DNA from: Candidatus Saccharimonadota bacterium
GTDB taxonomy: Bacteria; Patescibacteriota; Saccharimonadia; Saccharimonadales; UBA4665
Reading direction: 5' to 3'
Assembly (NCBI GenBank): GCA_002952755.1
Contig: CP025011.1
Coordinates: 360,001 to 392,000 of the forward strand
DNA: 32,000 nt
Both the position numbers and the translations under genes were made by a program. The notes beneath the pieces were generated by a model. The model saw nothing but the letters and a program-made list of their open reading frames with translations. It was not told where the DNA came from and searched no databases. Position 1 is the stretch's first letter. Each line of letters begins with the position of its first letter. This document shows positions 27,845-32,000 of this stretch, one piece after another.

Positions 27845-30565
27845 ATGTCAAATGGTGAAGTGGCTGGCGATAGCCTATCTGGAGCGGCTCCTTCTGAGGT
27901 GCTGCCTTTCGATGCACGCGAGGATATTCTTAAGTGGGATAGTCAGGAAAACGCGTTTAGCCTCTTTATGGGTGCAGGCTTAGGCGTGGGTGGTTTTTTT
28001 GAACAGCTTCTTGCGTCCGAATTGCCTTTGGCGGCAAGTATTAGTGGAGTGGCTGGGGTAGGTCTAGCGGCACTTGGCCTGCGTAAAGCTCTGCAGTCCA
28101 GGAGAGAAGGTCGTTATCTCCACCAGAGAGGGCAAGAACGGATTGGCGAGTCTTATGAAGTGCATAGCTTTAACGATGGCCTGATTGTTCGTTGGCTGAC
28201 CGAAGACCGACCAGGTGAGGATATTCTGCCAAGGCTCGAAGCACTCCTGGATGAAGCAACTTTTATAAAGATAGCTGTAGACTCTAGCATTATCGAGCGG
28301 CTCCTCCCAAAAGATGAAGAAATGCCGCCTGAATGTACCAAAAAGCTTTGGAGCCAACATGTGGCCGAAAAGAGAGGCTCAGGAGTGGAAGTTCGAGATC
28401 CCATAAGGGATGAGGTGATTCTCACTACTACAGGTACATTACGGGTTTTACTTGCTGAGCATAAACGGTACGCTAATGTCCGAACGCTTGATACGCTAAT
28501 GACAAAATTAGCAGAGCTCGACCACCACTCCCCGATCGTAAAAGCATATAAAGACTACGAGCGCAATCAGAGCCTGCAGCAGGAAAAGACATTGCGCATA
28601 GCGCTAGCCAAGATTGGCATGTATCTGGATAAAACGGAGAGCTTCCCTAATGAGGCTACGCAGCGTCAATCCAGCTATAGAGGAGTAGAAAACCGTAATG
28701 GGATGAGTCGCGCAATGGCAGGTGCCGTAACGGGCCGGCTTCTGACCGAGAATGGCGGAAAAGAAGTACTATGGACGGAGCCCAAAAGAGTATGGAAACA
28801 GGACGCCTACCAGGCGCTCGGGCTCCAGAGTGCTGCATACGCCCAGAGGCTTATCGATAACCCTACGCCATCTACCCGGCTTGGGCGTGAGGCGCGGCAA
28901 AAAGCATTAGAATTAGCTGCCTGCCAGTTACTTATAACCAATCCTCAGGAAGCACGACTTGTGCCGTCGCCTTCGGGGGATATGCTGCTTGAGCGTATAC
29001 CCTCCGACCCGCTTTCCGATCACAGCCCTAAAACCCCTCACCGCCCTATTGAGCAGAGTCTTACCTATAACACCCGGCGCAAGCGACAGGCGGCATTGGC
29101 GTTGGCATTCGCGGGAGGTTGCACGGCATTAGGTGGGCTGATTGCGTCGCTCCCTCGTCCTGATGATGACCCCCCGCGCGCCACGGTTCGGATCGGCGAG
29201 GTCTCTGCACACGAGCCAAATACTGCGGAGTGGCTCATACGTCCATCGAATAAGAATGCATTACGTCCGGACGGTTATTGGGTACAAGGAGTGGCATCAA
29301 AACTTATAAACGGAGAATGGGTCGTCGACTATGATAATACGGCCTCGATAGCATATCTGCCTACGACGCCAAAAAATAGCGCACCCAATATACAGGTTGT
29401 TGATCAGCAACGGTGGAAAAGCGCCACAGGCACATACATATTTAAGAATGGCATAGAGGTCAAGATCCCTGTGCTCGAAGGTACCGAACCGGTGGCGGCG
29501 GATGTGGGTGGAAGACCCGTGCAGTTACAGACAGACAGAGACAATACCTTTACACTACTTCTCCCCCCGAACGCATCGCAAAACGCAAAGCTTGAGTACT
29601 GGCTCGCATCGACCGACTCTGCTCATAGGGCAAAAGCGCTTCACCCGATTACCGTTAAGGGAGGACCGGCATTCGATCCGCAGCAAGTGGCCGCCGTCTG
29701 GAATGCTCATGTGCCACCCAGCGATCTTCCTATGCCGCTTCGGCGGGCAAATCTGGTGCGGGATACATTTCGGTACACACTCGACCCGTTGCATGGCAGA
29801 AGTATAAATAGCTATAAAAATTGGACAGAAATAACAGAGCACTACTTTAGAAACGGCGAAGCGGTATGTAATTTGGCTGCTACAGAGTTGGCTCTTGCAA
29901 ATCCGGCCGAACTTAACGTTGCACAGGGGTATTATCTACGTTCTGATGGGGACCAGTCGGCGCTTGCAAAGCATGCGGGTCACGACTGGAATGTCACAAA
30001 AGATGGGCAGAGAATAGATTCAACGCCCATTCGTAGCAACGGACAATATGACGATTACTTTGACGCAAAAGTGCTCCCCAATCCTGAGGCAAAGCCAGTG
30101 CCATCCATGCTGACGAAATTTGCACACTCAGCAGGTGGCTGGGCGCTTGGTTTGGTGGTTGCTGATGCCGCTGGATATGCGCTGTATAAAAGTCGTCGCC
30201 AACTCCGCAAGCCGGTAGATTTCTTAAGACGATCGCGTATTGCGGCTCTTGAGGATGATTTAGTGGCTATGGGGAGTGAGAACATTGGTCTTGCTTATGC
30301 GACGATCCAAAATACGCTATACGACAAATCAGGCGATCCATTAGCTTCTGCGCTTGGCGATGTTGTGCCACTGGCCGCAGATGATTTTCTCGCCAAACTT
30401 CCTATACAGCCCGCCCTTTTAGACAGAGAAACAACCGCTAAGCTACGCGACCGGCGAAAGGCTACGTCGGATGTAGGCGAGCAACAGCAAATCAGGCTTG
30501 CCGAGAACCTGATCCGGGTAGTGCTCAAGCTTGAAAAACGTAAGCATCAATCCAGCGCGATGTAA
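27845..30565 (+). CDS. Polytopic membrane protein with a transglutaminase-like cysteine protease core domain
   Basis: FRYTLDP ... GEAVCNLAATELA ... AQGYY ... HAGHDWNV ... RIDSTP gives the Cys-His-Asp transglutaminase-core pattern, flanked by TM segments (ALALAFAGGCTALGGLIASL; GGWALGLVVADAAGYALY). Start chosen at ATG 27845 because 27720-27844 is AT-rich and promoter-like; the tracked start is 27785. Confidence 0.6.
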   Translation: MSNGEVAGDSLSGAAPSEVLPFDAREDILKWDSQENAFSLFMGAGLGVGGFFEQLLASELPLAASISGVAGVGLAALGLRKALQSRREGRYLHQRGQERIGESYEVHSFNDGLIVRWLTEDRPGEDILPRLEALLDEATFIKIAVDSSIIERLLPKDEEMPPECTKKLWSQHVAEKRGSGVEVRDPIRDEVILTTTGTLRVLLAEHKRYANVRTLDTLMTKLAELDHHSPIVKAYKDYERNQSLQQEKTLRIALAKIGMYLDKTESFPNEATQRQSSYRGVENRNGMSRAMAGAVTGRLLTENGGKEVLWTEPKRVWKQDAYQALGLQSAAYAQRLIDNPTPSTRLGREARQKALELAACQLLITNPQEARLVPSPSGDMLLERIPSDPLSDHSPKTPHRPIEQSLTYNTRRKRQAALALAFAGGCTALGGLIASLPRPDDDPPRATVRIGEVSAHEPNTAEWLIRPSNKNALRPDGYWVQGVASKLINGEWVVDYDNTASIAYLPTTPKNSAPNIQVVDQQRWKSATGTYIFKNGIEVKIPVLEGTEPVAADVGGRPVQLQTDRDNTFTLLLPPNASQNAKLEYWLASTDSAHRAKALHPITVKGGPAFDPQQVAAVWNAHVPPSDLPMPLRRANLVRDTFRYTLDPLHGRSINSYKNWTEITEHYFRNGEAVCNLAATELALANPAELNVAQGYYLRSDGDQSALAKHAGHDWNVTKDGQRIDSTPIRSNGQYDDYFDAKVLPNPEAKPVPSMLTKFAHSAGGWALGLVVADAAGYALYKSRRQLRKPVDFLRRSRIAALEDDLVAMGSENIGLAYATIQNTLYDKSGDPLASALGDVVPLAADDFLAKLPIQPALLDRETTAKLRDRRKATSDVGEQQQIRLAENLIRVVLKLEKRKHQSSAM

Positions 30566-31560
30566 TCGAAGCCGAAGGTCTGTACTGCCGGTGCGGCGTT
30601 ACCGCTGCAAATGTCAAAGCCAGACGTCGTACGCGTAACGTAGTATTGCAGGTCTGCCGCATAAGAGCCGACCGGGGTAATGACTATGTGCGGCGTGCTG
30701 CTGAATTTTTGGCTGAATACGACACTGGCAAAACATCCAGCTGGCGGCGAGCTGCCGGTGTTAATCGTGATTGACCCCGAAGTATCCGACCCGCTGAGCG
30801 ACACCGTGCCGCCGCCGCCCACGGCCGTCCCTTTGCTGATAGATGGAATAGTACCACCGGCGGTAATATGGTGGGTGAGGTTCAGGTCGCCGTTGAGTTG
30901 CAGCGAGCCGGTATTCACGGCAGAGGCCGTTAGAGTGCCGCTAAAGCTAGTGCTTCCCACTACGCTCAGTCCATTTTTGATATTCAAGCCGCCAGTAAGA
31001 TTGAGCGTGCCGGCCACGCTCAGGTTGTTGACCTGCGTGTCGCCGAGCTGTGTTATGCCTGACACGCTCAGGTCGCTGAGTGATAGACTGCCTCCCACAC
31101 GTAATGATCCGGCCACCTCCAGATTACTGCGAACAAGTACGCCTCCCGAAAAAACAGCATTAGCCTGCACGGTAAGAATCTGCTTAGGATTGCCCACAGT
31201 AACGTCAGTAGTGGCAAGTTGCTTGAGATCGTCCTGTGATAATCCTTGCGAGGTGAGTGTGTGCTGTGCGGTCTGTTTGCTTTTGGCGATGCTTATGATC
31301 AAAACGCCTACGGCTATCACGATGACCAATATAAAAAGCAGTAAGTAAATATTGAATTTACGCCAGAATTTCTTAATAAACGATTGTTTAGGTTCCTCGG
31401 GGGCGGTGCTTGGTTGCTGACCGCCAGTGGTATCGGTTAGATTCGGGTCGGTGCTGCTGCCGTTCTGCGGACCCGGGGTGGCTTTGGTGTCGCCCTCGGT
31501 TTGTTGTTCCAGCGAGTGCACGTCATTACCAGATTCGGATTGTACTTGGGATGGGTCCAT
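30547..31560 (-). CDS. Surface protein: disordered N-terminus, one TM, beta-solenoid repeats and a possible H-type-lectin-like C-terminal domain
   Basis: TM FNIYLLLFILVIVIAVGVLIISIA. Repeats such as LEVAGSLRVGGSLSLSDLSVSGITQLGDTQVNNLSVAGTLNLTGGLNIKNGLSVVG. C-terminus VVFSQKFSSTPHIVITPV...YYVTRTTSGFDIC...FDYIAL. Confidence 0.6.
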   Translation of the reverse strand: MDPSQVQSESGNDVHSLEQQTEGDTKATPGPQNGSSTDPNLTDTTGGQQPSTAPEEPKQSFIKKFWRKFNIYLLLFILVIVIAVGVLIISIAKSKQTAQHTLTSQGLSQDDLKQLATTDVTVGNPKQILTVQANAVFSGGVLVRSNLEVAGSLRVGGSLSLSDLSVSGITQLGDTQVNNLSVAGTLNLTGGLNIKNGLSVVGSTSFSGTLTASAVNTGSLQLNGDLNLTHHITAGGTIPSISKGTAVGGGGTVSLSGSDTSGSITINTGSSPPAGCFASVVFSQKFSSTPHIVITPVGSYAADLQYYVTRTTSGFDICSGNAAPAVQTFGFDYIALD

Positions 31561-31621
31561 AGCCTCTACTCTTTATATCTAATGATACTAGAGCCGCTCA
31601 AAAACCGTAAGAGGAATAGCG

Positions 31622-31993
31622 TTATTCTTCGTGGACTGCATGCTCGCCATGTCCTGGAATAGCTGTGCCCAAGCTCCATAGCATTTCAAAAAAATGACGC
31701 TGGGCGTTAGCAATTTCCTGGTTGTATACCTCAATGCCAAAGATTTCGCCGTTTTGCCAGTTGTAGTAAGCGACGACATCATCGTACGTGATGGTAGAGT
31801 GGGTTATATGAAAGGTGGTGCCGGGTAAAAGGCGACCTTCCCAAAAGCGGAGCTTCTCGTTATCGTGGTCCGCGTACCAATCCCGTTGGGTGGCTAGGAA
31901 GTGTTCGCCAACGAGGCTGCGAAAGCGCAGTTCGTTCTGGTTGCAGCGTGCCACCCACCGTTCAAAAAATGCCAGGTTGGTCTTATTTTGCAT
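31622..31993 (-). CDS. Hypothetical protein (123 aa)
   Basis: Complete ORF with ATG at 31993. No recognised motifs. Confidence 0.4.
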   Translation of the reverse strand: MQNKTNLAFFERWVARCNQNELRFRSLVGEHFLATQRDWYADHDNEKLRFWEGRLLPGTTFHITHSTITYDDVVAYYNWQNGEIFGIEVYNQEIANAQRHFFEMLWSLGTAIPGHGEHAVHEE

Positions 31994-32000
31994 ATTTTCG

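Overview
About 50% GC bacterial chromosomal segment using the standard genetic code (TGA is a stop in several ATGA gene junctions). All calls come from motif recognition in the supplied translations; no database search was run. The mix of a very divergent F-type ATPase, a short MetRS and many membrane-anchored hypothetical proteins suggests a small-genome, CPR/Saccharibacteria-like lineage (inference only).

Gene order, left to right:
- An SF2 helicase split by a frameshift.
- A His-rich membrane-anchored protein.
- A MacB-type ABC ATPase and permease.
- A CDF cation transporter.
- A hypothetical gene.
- tRNA-Cys(GCA), tRNA-Leu(TAA) and a strong bidirectional terminator.
- A beta-glucan cluster: GH6 glucanase, a 1059-aa fusion of two cellulose-synthase-like GT2 modules, and a divergent GH16 glucanase.
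- A decayed DUF397-like gene.
- A NUDIX hydrolase.
- metG, a GT-B glycosyltransferase, an unknown 440-aa protein and tatD.
- Two small overlapping ORFs.
- A cysteine desulfurase.
- An atypical ATPase operon: 272-aa secreted protein with a c-like hairpin, then b-like, delta-like, alpha, gamma, beta and a short epsilon.
- An unknown 386-aa protein divergent from a 907-aa transglutaminase-like membrane protein.
- A beta-solenoid surface protein.
- A 123-aa hypothetical protein.

The most interesting signal is the ATPase locus. No a or c subunit gene is present. Their slot holds a signal-peptide protein whose C-terminal two-helix hairpin resembles a c subunit but has no carboxylate. It is followed by a 121-nt near-perfect hairpin, and the beta and epsilon regulatory elements are degenerate. 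No CRISPR array, transposase, integrase or rRNA was seen.
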